In this document: positions 28,301-40,423 of the stretch, one piece after another
Layout: every line of letters begins with the position of its first letter
Position numbering within the stretch: position 1 is the first letter of the stretch
Assembly (NCBI RefSeq): GCF_963676685.1
Contig: NC_092352.1
Coordinates: 71,052,001 to 71,116,000 of the forward strand
DNA: 64,000 bases
Origin: Mytilus edulis
Taxonomy: Eukaryota
Direction of reading: 5' to 3'
Notes under the pieces: generated by a model
The model's input: only the letters and a program-made list of their open reading frames with translations
Databases searched by the model: none
Told to the model about the DNA's origin: nothing
Position numbers and translations under genes: made by a program

Positions 28301-31300
28301 ATATCCTGGTCGGTATATTTTTTCCTTGACTCTGTATGATTTTTCACAAAGTAAGCTGAATTCCAGCCCAAAACTAGATATTTAATACGTCTAGTGCCCT
28401 TTTTGTTAAAGAAACATAAGCTAACAAGTTCTTTCAGTCGAGCTTTAAGTTTAGTATGTGGAATAGTGGTATAAAGAGTTGAAAAATCAAAGGTTTTAAT
28501 GTTGGTACAATGTTTTAATGATTGAGATTGTAAATTCACCAATAACTCATTTGAATTATAGACTTTTAAAAGTTTTAAACTGAAGGATTCTCACACCATT
28601 TACTGTGCAAGGACTGTATAGCCAGTCAAGGTCGTTAAAAACTTTCATTTGTTGTCTACTTTTCTACTTTTAATTTTTTTCTTGTTTGTTTTCTGTCTCA
28701 GAATTTTTTATTTGTTGCTAATGGCAGAGGTTCCAAAGATTTTTTGGACCTCACTTGTCTGTTGGGCTAGGTATTGTTCAAATATTACTGGTTCAGTCAG
28801 TGCTTTAACAGTCTTTGACATTATGCATAGTATTACAAAATTCTTATTAAATACAGCAGTTGCAATAATTGATGGCATATTACTGGACCAAACCATTAAT
28901 TATTGGACATTGCCACATGTCTAATGAATCTTGGGAATGATGCCATTGTTACTATCTCAAAATTTTAGTTTTTTTGTTTGGTTACTGTCTTAGAATATTT
29001 ATTTTATTTTTTGGTTACTGCCTCTGTAACTACTGTATTGTCACTTTTGTATTTACTAATTACCTCCCTTTTTGGCATACATTTCCATGAGTACTGTAAT
29101 AAACCTTTATCATTGCCAAGTTAAGATTTATATTCAAATTAGACAATACACATTTAGATAACAATTTTTTTTTAAATCCTGACATATTAAATTAATCTTC
29201 AGGAACAAATTTCCCATTTATTGACTTTTTCAGAAAATCGTAATTCTTCAACACAGAAATTGGATCTATGGTCAAAAGAAGAGATCTTTTATGTCCTAAT
29301 TTTCTTTTGAAAAATGTCATTGTTTCAAGGCATATCAAGTGATGGCGGTAAAAGATTTAACAAGCCGATTCTAATTTGAAACAAATTGATTTCCAATAAG
29401 AACGTAGAAATACAAGGAGAGTTGTTTTTGTATATGCCTTAATCACCAGTAGAAAATCTTTGGATTATGGGTATGAAACATGCAACCTAGTCATTGCGGG
29501 GTATATTGTTGTATCACAATTTTCATTTGTAAAAATGCATTTGTCACTTTTATAATAAGTAGTTAGATAATAAGAGGTATAAAATATTTAGAAAAGTACA
29601 AACATTGATTTAATTTGAATTAATGTAATTTTGTCAGGCTTTTTTTACACCAAGGAGATGTTATTTTTCTAACAAGTTTTCATGAAACTATTAAAGTTGG
29701 ATATTTCCATTCTGAACTCATATAACTTCCTGCCCTCTCATCAGCATCTATAAATAAAGTGTTTAGAACTTTAACCTGATAATATAATCTAAAAGAGTTC
29801 ACTGTTCACATTTTCATACCTGTCAACTGACCCGGATTCTGCGGGTGTGACCCGAGATTTTCACAATTCTGAGGGATCATCCGGATCACCCGCCGGGTCA
29901 TTGAAATAACCCGGAAATTCCGAAAATGACCCGATTTCACCCGTATTTCTTAGCCTTGAGATTGATTTTCATGACATAAGTAATATTCCTTTGAAATACC
30001 GGCAAATTCGTAATTCTTCCATGAACATTCAGTTCATCTAGCTATGTAAACTGTCAAATTAAGTGACCCATTAAGTGCATGGCTTCACTTGACAGCTTTG
30101 GTGTCAAACACACTGTTGATTAACACCAATTACCTTAGCTTTAGGTCGTAAATAAATTGCCCTGTTGTTTTACAAAGATATTTCAACTAAGAGTTACTTC
30201 CCCTTATTTGTCACCATTCAAAATTATTCCTTATATTTACGTTTTATGGGTAAAAAAGATTAAATCATAATAATATAATATTCAAATACATATTGAAAAA
30301 TAACTTTTCATTATTTTTATGGTTCATTGATGAATGCTTAGTTTTTGTTTTGTCTTTGCAATACTAGTATTTTGTTGCATAAATTTAAAATCATATGATT
30401 AGGTCTGTTTATCAAATACTATAAACAGTAGGTCAACTTTATGGGTTGTAAGAATGATTGTCAGTCTGGCAGGTTTCATCTGACCTTGGCCTTATTTTCA
30501 TGGATCCTTCCTCAATGTTGAACTCCATTTAATCTGAAGTTTCATTCTGCTGTAAGTCCATGTATTGCCCTTTGCCATATTTATAAAAATAAGAAGATTT
30601 GTAATGATTGTCGGAAGGCAACTCTCTACAAGAGACTTTTTTGCATTGTTCAATAACGGCTAGAATGACCATAACAGCTGAGATGAACCAGACTTTTTTG
30701 TATTGTTCAATAACGGCTAGAATGACCATAATAGCTGAGATAAACCAGACTTTTTTGCATTGTTCAATAACGGCTAGAATGACCATAATAGCTGAGATAA
30801 ACCAGACTTTTTCATTGGGTCAGTTGATCCGTCTTTAGTATTTTATGAAGTCTTTGTCTTAATTTTGTCATTCTCTATTAACTTAATACTTTTTAGTTTT
30901 CTTTCGATATCTTCCTCTTATTTTTGAATAAAATTTTTGATTTTATTTGGCTGTCAGTGATTTATTAGATTGTAATGAGTAATCAGTTAGTATGATAACA
31001 AATGGTTTGTTTATTTTCAGATTGATTCAGACCAAACCTGTTTCCTTACAGCTGTTTTATGAATATATCAAGATAGAAAATGCACAGGTATTTATAATAA
31101 CATGTAGATTTGATATGTTAATTTTAACGATCACATGTTTAAAGTCTAAAAGATATAGGAGAAGGCCTTTAGGAAACTTAAGACAAATCCTGCCAAATCA
31201 AACTTGCCATCCCGAGCTCAATAGCTCAGAATGATTTTTGTTTAGCAAGTGCTGTTGGTTTGCTGCCTAATTCATGTAGCACTTTCGTGTTCACACATCC

Positions 31301-34300
31301 ACGTTTATTTCTGATGCATTCTATGATTCTCTTATTTATGTGGGTACCAATTCTATTCACAGAAGTTGTCTCATTGGCAATCATCACATTTTGATATACA
31401 TGCATTTGTAGAAGATACATTTCGTATATATTTAGAAATTTAAAGTCTATCTTTAGGTTTGATAACAGTATATAGATTTATCTTTGAATGGGAGATAACT
31501 CTATAAACTCTATAAACTTTTGCATCTGTGTAGTGTTAATAAATATTTATCAAATTTATCATTAGAAATTACAAGAGATTATTGTAAATCTGTGATAATT
31601 ATTTATTAAAGATGTATTTGTTTACATAAAGGTGTCATGACAAACATGTGTTGTGATAATTTTATTTTCTATTACACTGGATTTCTTCCACTTAGGCAGT
31701 TTAATGTTGATCCTTTTTGTTTCTGCAGCCAAAAAACTAACAAAAAGTAATAAAAATTATCTGAAAGTTTGTGTCCGATGGCCATAAAAAAAAACATTTG
31801 GTTAATTCAAGGTCGTAATTACCATCATGAAAGAATTTGAATTTAAATGCAAGACATTCTTATAAATATTTGATTCATACTACCATTAGGAAACTCCAGT
31901 TATATCATGTAGATATTGGGTCATGATAAAGTGGGGTGTGGGAATTCATCAGTTTATTGTTTTGTTACTGATGGCTTAGCAATAGATGAGTCTTATAATT
32001 AGCAGATCGTGACTCATTATATATATCTGATATAAGCGTATGTCATGTATACACTAGTCCATACAAATAACCAAAGATTTAATAATTTTCCCATCAGTAC
32101 TAATGGTCAATTATACAATTTTGATTAAGAATGAAAGGAGAATATGAGACAGCAACTTACAAAAAAAAAAAAAAGACCTAAAAATAGACAAATGTCAGCT
32201 TAAGAATGTCAAGCTGTTAACTAGTATAGAAAAGTTGTTTACAACGACCATCGTAGATCTGCTAAGACAGATCAATACCAAGTTATGTCAATCTTATTTT
32301 GCTCATTGTTGAAGGCTGTACAGTGATCTATAGATGTTGACTTTTATGTAGTTTGGTCTCTCTTGTCTCTCTTGCAAACATACGACATCTTCTTATTTTT
32401 TATTTTATGTTGAAAATTAAAAGATTCAGTTTAAACATTTGATAAATTAGAGCAGAGAGTTTGACTTTTTTATCAATTGGTATGAATGCACAAAATTTAA
32501 ATGCAACATTATAAAATTTCCATCAGCCAGTTTATAAACTAATTTTGAGATTTGACTACCAGTTGCTATACATTTTAACGGTGGTGGTAAAGGTGGATGC
32601 TTGCACGAAAAAAACTTGAAATAAGACATAATTTCACGTTGAACGTGAAATAATTTCTGTAATGAACGTTGCACGAAAAATAAATACTTTTATGTGAACC
32701 TTTTGTGACTGAGTCACTCTCTTCTTGTATATATTAACTCTTTGTTTTGATTGATATTCCCGATTTAGTATACACATTTATGATATAATTGGTTTACAGC
32801 TTTTAAAAAAGTATTTCTTGACGATCCCTGCCAAATGTTTGAATTTAATTTGAAAAATACCAAGCATGCAAAATAAGACTTTGAAAATCACGATGCACGT
32901 AAAATTAAATAAGCAGAACACGTTGAACGAGGCACACGTCTTGCACTACTGAACATCAAATAAAAAAGTAAAAACACGTTGAACGTCACATAAAAAACGG
33001 CAATCACGTTGCATGAAAATAACCCTTTACCACCCTCTTTAACTAGGTTTATTGTTTACAGATAGATTTGTCTTTGTTAAATATTCTTAATACTAAAGAA
33101 TGCTATTTATTACATGTATAACAAATTAGGTAATGAAAAAATTTATATTAAAAGTTAACCAGGTACCAAAGGATTCTGGTTTAATTAATTCTAATTTATT
33201 GACTCTGGACATGCAAAGTTTATGAAATATGTATTGAAAGTTATAGCAGCGAGTTAGTATTGGAATGTAATTTTACTTGTTCTCGTGTATGAATTATTTA
33301 AGGAAGCTGGCTTGTCATGTTTTGGATATTTTTTCAGATTTTCTGAATCCTCTGGTTTTATCCATTTGAATGCCTTGCAAAAATTTGCTCGGTGACCCCC
33401 ATTTTTCTTTTTGTAAATCTTTTACATGTATAATGATTTGCCATCTGTAAAAGTCTTATAAAATTTTAATTACTTTTTAACAGTTTTTGAGAACTTCACC
33501 TGGTCAATACTAAAGCTATGAAAAGTCAAGAGAGAATATTTTCCCGCCAAAATTTCAATGGCTTATATCTCGAAAACAAGCACGGTGACCTATATATTTG
33601 TTTTGCTCTATTGATTCCTTTATTAATCCCCTATCAATATAAGCTAGTGTTTTAAAAAGTTAATTACTTTGAAACTGAGAAGCGAACTACCTTAAGATGT
33701 TGAATAATGTTTATATCATGTGAGATTTAACCTATTTTTGTTAAAATGTAGTTTGTTTTTTAGTCGCTAACTACACATTAAAAAGAGTTCGGTTGACTAA
33801 TGTTTTGAGAATAGACGTATTTACACTTGTATGCAAATTGTCCGCCATTACGTAAAATCACACAGGTTCCCGTAAACTTTGACATCATAATTTAAATTAT
33901 TTGACGTCACAATTTAAAAGTGATTGTTGCTTGACGTCAAAAGGTGATTCGGAGTAGATCTAAGGTCATTCGGAGGCAAGATTCAGCTAAATACCAAAAG
34001 TGTAAATACGTTTATTGATCAGTTTTCTGCTTATATAGAAGACCATAAATTTTCTGTGTGATTTAGTGATCCTAGAACTAGAAATTCTATTAATAAGGGG
34101 GGAGGGGAGGCTAAATTATAAAGAATGAGGAAAATTGGGCAACGAAAATAATTAATCGTCAAAAATGACCTAAAAATAAAATTATAATGACCTAAAAATA
34201 AAATTATATTACAATTACCCTCCCCCTTTTTTCTCTGTTTTCCATCCTGACCATGGCAGTATAAACTTTATTTTCAAAGATCTGCCATAAACACCAATTA

Positions 34301-37300
34301 TCTTAACATTAAAATTCTAATAGGTTATCATGTTATGTTGGATCTTTAAAAAAAACAAATTCAGATATCTTTGAGTTTAACGAGATAGCAAATATCAGCT
34401 TAACCTTATTCTTTAACTGGAAGAAGACATATTTCTTATCATTTAAACCTCATCCTTAAAACTTTTGCATGTAATAAACAACATTTCCTTTTAAGTTTTG
34501 ATTTCTATCAAATAATTTTCAGTTGAAATGAGCCAAATTAAAACTTATCAAACAAAATAATAGCATTACGGCTATCTTCAAACAGTTCTTATAGTCCTTA
34601 AAAATCAGATATTTCAAATAACGAGTTATCAGTAGGAAAATTGGATTTAGGGATGCTACGATCGCTCAGGCGTAATATCTACATATGAAAAACAGCGATG
34701 ATAACACCAAAGGTTGGAAATTTTCCGCATGACCTGCCAAGCGGTTGCAATATATCTGAAGATAGTTGATAAAAAAAAGTCAATTTTTCACCATTCATTG
34801 AATTTATAGACAGTTTTCAATAAATATCACCGAATAGATTAATGGGTTTGTTAAAACATTTATCAGCAAACTGCCAATGTTCACAAAGACCTCATCTCAT
34901 TTTGTAGATATAATCTGCTTTATTTTGACAAGAAAGCATGAAATTTGAGATCGGATTAAGTTTATGTCTACATTTATACTTTCAATTATTTAAATGCACC
35001 AAGACTGAGCCCTACTTTGAAATTTGAGGAGAATTCTGTACACATTTGTTGTCAGTTTTTGTATTGAACCGATGCATAACCATAAAAGACTAGAATTAAT
35101 AATAGGTGTATCACAAAGGAAAAAAGAATTAAAACTGTTATCTCCCAAGAAGAACAGGGAAATTTGACATTTTAAAGTTTATTTTTACACCAGTTATTTT
35201 TCTGTTTATTTGGTTTATTTGCATAGTGGGTTGCAACATTATAATATAAGGTAGAAGTAAAGTTATCAACAGAAAGTGAATTATAAATAATTGTTGTCCA
35301 AATTGTGATTAAATTTCGGGGTTTAGGCAAATCCCTTTATTTGATGCATTTCAAACTTTGTAGAATTAATGATCATGATATGCAAACATGACCATGTAAA
35401 GAATTTTTATTCTGTTTAGTTTTTAATGTGGATTTTTTATTTATCTTAAGATGCCAATTTCCATGGTTTCATGGGTAAACATTTTTTAAATATAGTGCTT
35501 GTTATGCAGACTTTGACTCAAAACCACCAATCCAATATCCACAAACCTTAGATTTGTTTACCTGTGGTTTTTAACCAACTTTGTCCTCTCGACTTCTCCT
35601 TCATGATTAATCATATCTTTATTAAACCAAGTACATTGTTAGTTCCTATAACACAGATGGCATGGATGTGCACAAGTGTAGGATTTTTCACCATAGAAAC
35701 TTTTTTTCCAAATTTTGGCTACTTTATCAAAAATAAATCCCTTTTCACTGTAGAAATGCTTGCCCTGTCTAGCTCCAATAATTTATTCACTTTGTAGAAT
35801 AACCAATCATCTCAGATATGCACACATCACCATGTGATTCTATTTAGTTTATTAAACATTATGCCCTTTCACCTATTGACAATTTTCAGAACCAATCTTC
35901 TCACCTCACCTTCATGTTTATCGAATCCATATAACACTTGGTCTATTGCTAGTTCTGAATATACACTTTTTGTCCACAACATCTCTTTAAATCATATTAG
36001 AAAATTTTTCCCTCAGAAATACGTTTGTGATGGTTTTTTGTGTTTTAATTGTTCTAAATTTTGTCATGTATGGGCCTACAGGTGACTATATGATTTGGGA
36101 TTTACTCATTGTTGAGGGTGGTAAAATGACATCTTGTTGCTTACATCTGTATCATATGGTCACTGATGGAAAGTTATCCTATTGACAATTCAATCATAAA
36201 ACATCTTAGTTTATTCAAAGGGAGATAAGTCTAATTTTATTACCAGTATAAAACTTAAGTTTTCTTTTACAATGCAGCAAATACTGAGTTATATTGGGAC
36301 AACCGTCAAATGATTTGCTAGTATAATGTACTGTTGATTATTATTCTTGGGATACAGATTTTTGTGAATTTATTGGGTAAAGCTGAACCACAATTTAAAG
36401 CTCTGCAAGCTATATATGTAGGCCTGAAGGGAAACATTACATGTGAAATCAAATATCCACACAAATTGGTACCTGCTATAATAAATCAACAGTACTATTT
36501 AAAAAGATGACTATGAATGGTATCATGATTTCCATCCACAATTTTAATCTTTTGAGTTGCATAATTATTTGTGTACAATTTGGAAATTAGTATGGCGTTC
36601 ATTATCACTGAACTAGTATATATTTGTTAAAGGGCCAGCTGAAGGATGCCTCCGGGTGCAGGAATTTCTCGCTACATTGAAGACCTGTTGGTGACCTTCT
36701 GCTGTTGTTTTTTCTATGATCGGGTTGTTGTCTCTTTGACACTTTCCCCATTTCCATTCTCAATTTTATTTCCTTCTATTAGTAGCTTTCATGTAAGCAC
36801 AAACTTGTCCTCAAAAGAAAATAATATTACTTCATTACAATATATATAGCATTGATTATTATTCTATTCTCCTGCAGGCAATTTCAAAGATTAAACTTCT
36901 AAGAAGAGCGTATGAAGATGCTTCAATGGAGTTTGGAAACAGTAGTGCAGGTAACCAGATCTTGATTGTACTGTAAAGAAAATCTACATATACAAAATAA
37001 ACAGCTTGTAGCAGAGACGGATTTAGGGGGGGGGGGTGGTGGGCCCCCCCTTTTTGGGAAAAAAAATGGTTGCTTATATAGGGAATCACTGAAGCGTGAC
37101 TGGAGCGGGCCCCCTCTTAGGTCAGTCAGTGGGCCCCCACTTATGAAAATTTCTGGATCCGCCACTGTGTAGGATGATGTTTGGTTAAATTCTGATTATA
37201 CTGTATAATGAAGGTTTGGGACATCAACAAGTTTTCATCAATTTGTTTCTTAAATTAGAGAGTAAATATAACTGGAGGTACCATGACTTTATAGTACAAA

Positions 37301-38852
37301 TACCAATATTAATATTTGATGGAGTGGCCTTGAATTATAATTATAATTGAAGTGCAGCACATACAAGAATATGTAGATGTTTGTAACACATGTCTCAACT
37401 TGGTTAGTCAAATAAGGAAACATTTTCCCCTGAAAATGGTAGCCAATGGAAATATCTCAACCTACTTCATTTGAAACCTTTCTATTGTTGGGACTTCCAG
37501 ATGAGGGTCATAATGAGTGCAACTTTGAAGCCTACCCTCCTAGATGTCTTCAAGTTGTTTTTATACCCCATGCAACGAGGTTGCGGAGGGTACAATGTTT
37601 TTGACCCGTCCCTCTGTCAGTCCTGTTTCTTGTCATCGCAACTCTCAAACCACACAACAGAACTTCATGAAACCTTTTTAGATGAAAAGGACATATTATG
37701 TAGTTGTGCATATCGACAAGAAATTATGATTCAAATTTTTTTTCTAGGAGTTGCGCCCCTTTGAACTTATTTGCTTCAATGTACTACTGCAACAGTTTGT
37801 CATCGCAACTCCATCTGAAACCACACAACAGAATTTCATGAAACTTTGTAGATATAAATAAGGACATACTATCTAGATGTGCATATCGACAGGAAATTAG
37901 GATTCAAATTTTTTTCTAGGAGTTGCACCTCTTTGAACTTATTTGCTTTAAGGTACTACTTCAACAGTTTGTCATCTCAACTTCTCTGACACCACACAAC
38001 AGAATTTCATGAAATTTTGTAGATACTAAGGACATACTATGTAGATGTGCATATTGACAGGAAATTATTATTCAATATTTTTTCTTATACAATTTTTTTT
38101 TCTTACACTTATTTAATTTCTCCAATGACAATGTGGGGACCAGAGTGGGGTATGTGAGCGTGCTCACCAAGGTTCTTTAATTTTCTTAGTGTTGCTGTAA
38201 CCTTGATGTGTGCCAACTATCACCTTGTTTGGGGTTTCATGAATTACAAGGGTGAAAAATTTGTACCCATGAAAATAAATGAATCTACAATAACATAACT
38301 TACATACAGAGTTAATACTGTAAACCAACTTATTTTTCGCGGATACTTTTCTTCACGTTTTACCCTTTTTAGTCCACTTCGCGGCTATTTAATTTCGCGG
38401 TTTTCTAATTTACATGATGTACTTTAATAATGAAAGATCAAAGTTTAACATATTCGCAACGATTAATATTCGCGTTATTTAAATTATCTACTCGTGAAAG
38501 TTTGGAAAAATAAATCGTTCGCGAAAATAAGTTGGTTTACAGTATATGTATCTTACTGAAACAGAAACATATAAAACTGACAAAACTTTCTTGTTTATTT
38601 AAATTCAAATAACCATGTGCTTTATTAGGGATTATTAATGTGATCAGATTATTAATATCTTTTCTATCTATTTCAGATCTTTGGCTTGACTTCATTAGAA
38701 TGGAGATGACCCATCCAAAAGGTCAACCTGAGAATGTAGGAACTTTACACTACAGAGCTATCCACCAGTTAGATGGAGCGTTAAACCAGCAGTTTGTCAC
38801 AGAGTTCACCTTGCTGCAGACAGGTCATGATGTGAACACATTGGAAAGCTAA
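7295..38852 (+). CDS. UTP6: UTP6 (U3 snoRNA-associated protein 6 homolog, HAT-repeat SSU processome protein); 3' part of a spliced gene, 5' exons lie upstream of the window
   Basis: Eight GT-AG exons join in phase: 7295-7374, 10749-10826, 12113-12298, 26109-26186, 27246-27352, 31021-31087, 36878-36950, 38677-38852. The product ends ...KEYYLQWLYLTKGVQKARTLFQRLIQTKPVSLQLFYEYIKIENAQAISKIKLLRRAYEDASMEFGNSSADLWLDFIRMEMTHPKGQPENVGTLHYRAIHQLDG...LLQTGHDVNTLES*. This is collinear with the vertebrate UTP6 C-terminus as I recall it (DLWMDYMKEELNHPLGRPENCGQIYWRAMKML...QTGH). Confidence 0.92.
10749..10826 (+). CDS. UTP6: UTP6 coding exon (RIHKVLSLFESAAKGDFLSDDLYLKW)
   Basis: ttccag acceptor, TGG|gtatga donor, 78 nt, phase 0/0. 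Confidence 0.85.
10961..11245 (+). mobile_element. DINE-1/HINE-like (Helentron-associated) non-autonomous element
   Basis: T-run + tatacccc...ggggtata inverted repeat, GTCC/GTCT microsatellite, 3' acacattcttgttt; similar elements at ~11730-12085 and ~20740-21290. Confidence 0.6.
12113..12298 (+). CDS. UTP6: UTP6 coding exon (IKVLVNVGLVETALQ...SQKHVPEK)
   Basis: ttttttcag acceptor, AAG|gttggt donor, 186 nt open. Confidence 0.88.
17590..18118 (+). mobile_element. tRNA-derived (V-domain-like) SINE interrupted by a MITE
   Basis: B-box-like gagtttgaacccc (~17661), core ttctctctgggcacttgacttcctccaccaataaaaactg, tail gtggtgttaaaacatcatcagtcaatca; an antisense tail copy lies at ~11450-11610. Confidence 0.6.
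17793..18065. mobile_element. MITE with TTAA target-site duplication (Kolobok-type termini)
   Basis: TTAA-ggtggtacccaaca...tgttaggtaccacc-TTAA. Confidence 0.8.
18240..18306 (+). mobile_element. Remnant of a hammerhead-ribozyme-bearing retrozyme-type repeat (5' core missing)
   Basis: GAgtc-ttatgta-gacGAAAc-gcgc-GTC-tagcgta retains stem II, GAAA, stem III and the GUC cleavage triplet; CUGAUGA is reduced to GA. Confidence 0.6.
18644..18980. mobile_element. Foldback/MITE with ~49-bp terminal inverted repeats
   Basis: taacaggctattatttgaacttggaactatttttaattatggaatttgc and its near-exact reverse complement ending at 18980. Confidence 0.8.
19140..20477 (+). pseudogene. Intronless B-box/B-box + NHL-repeat (TRIM2/3/71-like, RING-less) gene, copy 1; frame-disrupted at the 5' end
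   Basis: ATG at 19140 gives MAYSQLPHDAQIPVGCGLCEQ...CIDCSLLMCTKCKDVVHPKFKNA, then TAA at 19299. HKIVDIKELG lies in another frame, and the original frame resumes at ~19353 with B-box 2 (CKEH..ICGFYCKDCKQFICGKCITKDHCGH) and an NHL propeller (FTPTGIIITPADNVVVAD). Two compensating indels; these could be assembly errors. Confidence 0.75.
21570..22204 (+). CDS. Intronless B-box/B-box + NHL TRIM-like gene, copy 2 (cut by the assembly gap)
   Basis: Open from ATG with two B-box motifs (LCE..IQWKCWECSLLMCRRC..VH; CLAH..CCFYCKDCEQLICRKC..AHRGH) and the start of the NHL region; runs into Ns. Confidence 0.8.
22205..22304. other. Assembly gap (100 N)
   Basis: Run of N; the sequence after it does not continue the NHL frame. 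Confidence 0.99.
22493..22691. mobile_element. Related G/C-run MITE
   Basis: actaa-caggggcggatgcagg...ctggatccaccactg-actac; explains the spurious poly-Gly/Pro ORFs. Confidence 0.7.
23168..24274 (+). CDS. Intronless single B-box + NHL TRIM-like gene, copy 3
   Basis: 368-aa ORF: CKEH..CSFYCKDCKEFICVKCITKAHKEH, then NHL repeats (FNPTGILTTPMDNIVVTD); ends QYSGF* like copy 1. The paralogous ATG at 23064 (MADSN...) is out of frame by a 1-nt indel and B-box 1 is deleted. Confidence 0.82.
   Translation: MKCKEHEMKGCSFYCKDCKEFICVKCITKAHKEHDVVDEEDHNTDRNKLLKTQKETAIELSKMSLSKVSPMTSGSTVVKDETEQQQKPELKVVQHIYTDYKPIYGLSSYSDGLVLLKTHCYGNLEYAEVTGDNIKVLSSFPVQVLDMTVDSINNIFLSVQSSTRLKVINVITGQISDSIYNVAPFWTSGIHITKDQKVILGVVTPGRQMVVVMDEKGNHIKLYELDSTNKAIFTGPCRITSTKNGNIGVVDVLDTSCRGKIVVLGQTGSIQIYNGHPNVNNQNTPFNPTGILTTPMDNIVVTDCNNHTLHILSCDGLFIAYFSTSLNVDIHLPYSLACSGPRYFYIGCSVGGYGSMSTKLFKVQYSGF
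25480..25705 (-). mobile_element. Non-coding fragment related to the RT element's 3' tail
   Basis: cctcagatgttctgtaaaagaaagcagatccggctccacatgtggc resembles tcaggtgctccagaagggtaagcatttcccttcactgtatacggc at 27525-27570. Confidence 0.5.
26109..26186 (+). CDS. UTP6: UTP6 coding exon (ESLEIWRLLLDFCVTCQSEKTEELFE)
   Basis: tcttgcag acceptor, GAG|gtaagt donor, 78 nt. Confidence 0.88.
26405..26560. repeat. ~155-bp imperfect palindrome
   Basis: ttgaatgcttctttttgtaac...agcgttgaccg / cggtcaatgct...gttacaaaaagaagcattcaa. Confidence 0.8.
27246..27352 (+). CDS. UTP6: UTP6 coding exon (KGICSHRQVALPLKEYYLQWLYLTKGVQKARTLFQ)
   Basis: tgcag acceptor, AG|gtacag donor; phase 2 matches the next exon. Confidence 0.88.
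27390..28556 (-). mobile_element. 5'-truncated, disrupted Penelope-like (non-LTR) reverse transcriptase element with 3' UTR
   Basis: Three - strand ORF pieces give TFDFSTLYTTIPH, QQTIGIPMGTNCAPLLADLFL, YIDD (28079-28090) and IYDKRDDFNFPIVNFPFLCSNIP. Frameshift at ~28290 and stop at 28007; no C-terminal endonuclease. Confidence 0.85.
30633..30812. repeat. 57-bp tandem repeat x3
   Basis: Units start at 30633, 30690 and 30747, with a partial unit at 30804. Confidence 0.9.
31021..31087 (+). CDS. UTP6: UTP6 coding exon (LIQTKPVSLQLFYEYIKIENAQ)
   Basis: ttttcag acceptor, CAG|gtattt donor, 67 nt. Confidence 0.88.
33302..33691. mobile_element. MITE with TTAA TSD and imperfect TIR (Kolobok-type)
   Basis: TTAA-ggaagctggctt...aagcgaactacc-TTAA (9/12 TIR match). 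Confidence 0.6.
33810..34016. mobile_element. MITE with 19-bp TIR
   Basis: aatagacgtatttacactt ... aagtgtaaatacgtttatt (1 mismatch). Confidence 0.7.
36878..36950 (+). CDS. UTP6: UTP6 coding exon (AISKIKLLRRAYEDASMEFGNSSA), not shown in the ORF track
   Basis: cctgcag acceptor, CAG|gtaacc donor, 73 nt; corresponds to the UTP6 segment IREYYERALREFGS and completes the D codon of the last exon. Confidence 0.88.
37012..37167. mobile_element. G/C-run MITE with CAG..CTG termini and 5-bp TSD (hAT5-like)
   Basis: tgtag-cagagacggattt...ggatccgccactg-tgtag. Confidence 0.75.
37558..38180 (+). mobile_element. HINE-like element with internal ~170-180-bp tandem units
   Basis: tttttatacccc start; about three repeats of gtcatcgcaactc...ccacacaacagaatttcatgaaac...gtgcatatcgacaggaaatta. 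Confidence 0.65.
38318..38542. mobile_element. Tc1/mariner-type MITE (TA TSD)
   Basis: TA-ctgtaaaccaacttatttt...aaaataagttggtttacag-TA; a related element lies at ~9385-9578. Confidence 0.8.
38677..38852 (+). CDS. UTP6: UTP6 terminal coding exon
   Basis: tttcag acceptor; DLWLDFIRMEMTHPKGQPENVG...QTGH; TAA at 38850-38852; AATAAA at ~38874. Confidence 0.92.
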
Positions 38853-40423
38853 CTGTCAACATTGATTTTGAAAAATAAAAGACTTTTTTATTATTATATT
38901 CTAAACTAATCATTTTTCTGGAAAGATAAAAATAAGTACCAACATGAAAGTAAAAGTTAACACTTTATTTTCTGGTAGTCAAATATATATAAAGTACTAC
39001 TTGGTAGGTAATATAAAATTAAGGAGATATGATTGCCAATGAAAAAAGTAAAATCACAAAAATACTGAACTCAGAGGAAAATCAATTCGGAAAGTCCATA
39101 ATCACATGGCAAAATCAAATAACAAAACGCATCAAAACGAATGGACAAGAACTGTCATATTCCTGACTTGTAGAAAATGGTGGATTAAACCTGGCTTTAT
39201 AGCGCTAACCCCCTCACGTTGATGACAGTCTCATCAAATTCTGTTATATTTACATTGATGTGTTAACTAAACAGACAATAAATAAAATAGTCAAAATATG
39301 GGTACATCAGTCATCATCGTATAACAATTTTAAACAACTATCAACCAGCGACTCAAGTACAAGCATGTAAATAACTATAGGGTACCATACAGTCTTGAAC
39401 AATGAACAAAACACAAAAGTGATTATGAGGTAAGCTATAAAATGCCACAACCATAACAAAAATAACCATTTATAACAAAATATAAAACAGCCTTATTTCT
39501 GCTCAAACAAATATGGCTAAAACAGAAACCAATAAATAACAGGTTCCAGACTGTGAACAGGAAATTAATAAAGGCTGTGGATGTGTTAAACCCTACCCTA
39601 AATTGAGTCAGTGGTGAGACAGCAAACTCAGTTGAAAAAGGCTTGACTCGTCAGATTGGGATGAACAAACAAAAAACTAAAGACAATATACACAAACCTA
39701 TGTGACCAGTTGATATTTCATAAATATGAATACTGGTACAGAATGGTTTGTTATTATGCATTCAAAGAAGAGTTGACCTTGGTATCTTATTGTCTTAACT
39801 ATAACAAAATTCTCAGAAGAGATATAGAGATGCTTATCAGGCCATGGTGTTAAATATTTGTATAAATCCGTTAATTTGAAAAGGAATCAGGCCTGGATGA
39901 TTTAACTTTGTATGCCGATGCCTTATGTTACAAAGTTTATGTCTGTCCATTATATTTGACCTTATGGATCAGTGATTGCTTAAAAAACTGGGGTTTTTTT
40001 TGTCATTCAATAATTCACGAGTACTGTAAATTCAGAAATTATTCTGAGTTTTTTTTTAATGTGAATAATGTGACTACTTCAGAATGATAATAATACAACA
40101 TCTAATATCTAGTATGATTGCAAATGAGACAACTCTCTAAAAGTGACCTAATGACATAGAAAGTACCAACTATAGGTCGCCGTTCGGCCTACAACAATGA
40201 GAAAAGCCCATACTGCATAGTCGGCTATAAAAGTCCCTGAAACGACAAATGTAAAACAATTCAAACGTTTTACCATGTTACAAAATGTACATTCTAGTCT
40301 GTTTCTGAATAGATCAACTGTAATTTTAAGGTGTGCATGTCTGTCAGGGGCAGGTAACAGCTGACTTTGATCTCATTTACATGGATCAATGATCATGTTT
40401 AGTTTATGTGATGTTTGTATTAA

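Noticed and set aside
30529-30838. Repetitive ORFs on both strands
   Set aside because: Explained by a 57-bp (multiple of 3) tandem repeat in an intron.
7375-38676. Intronic snoRNAs expected in a ribosome-biogenesis host gene
   Set aside because: No convincing C/D box pair with a terminal stem was found by eye; an Infernal or snoscan run is needed.
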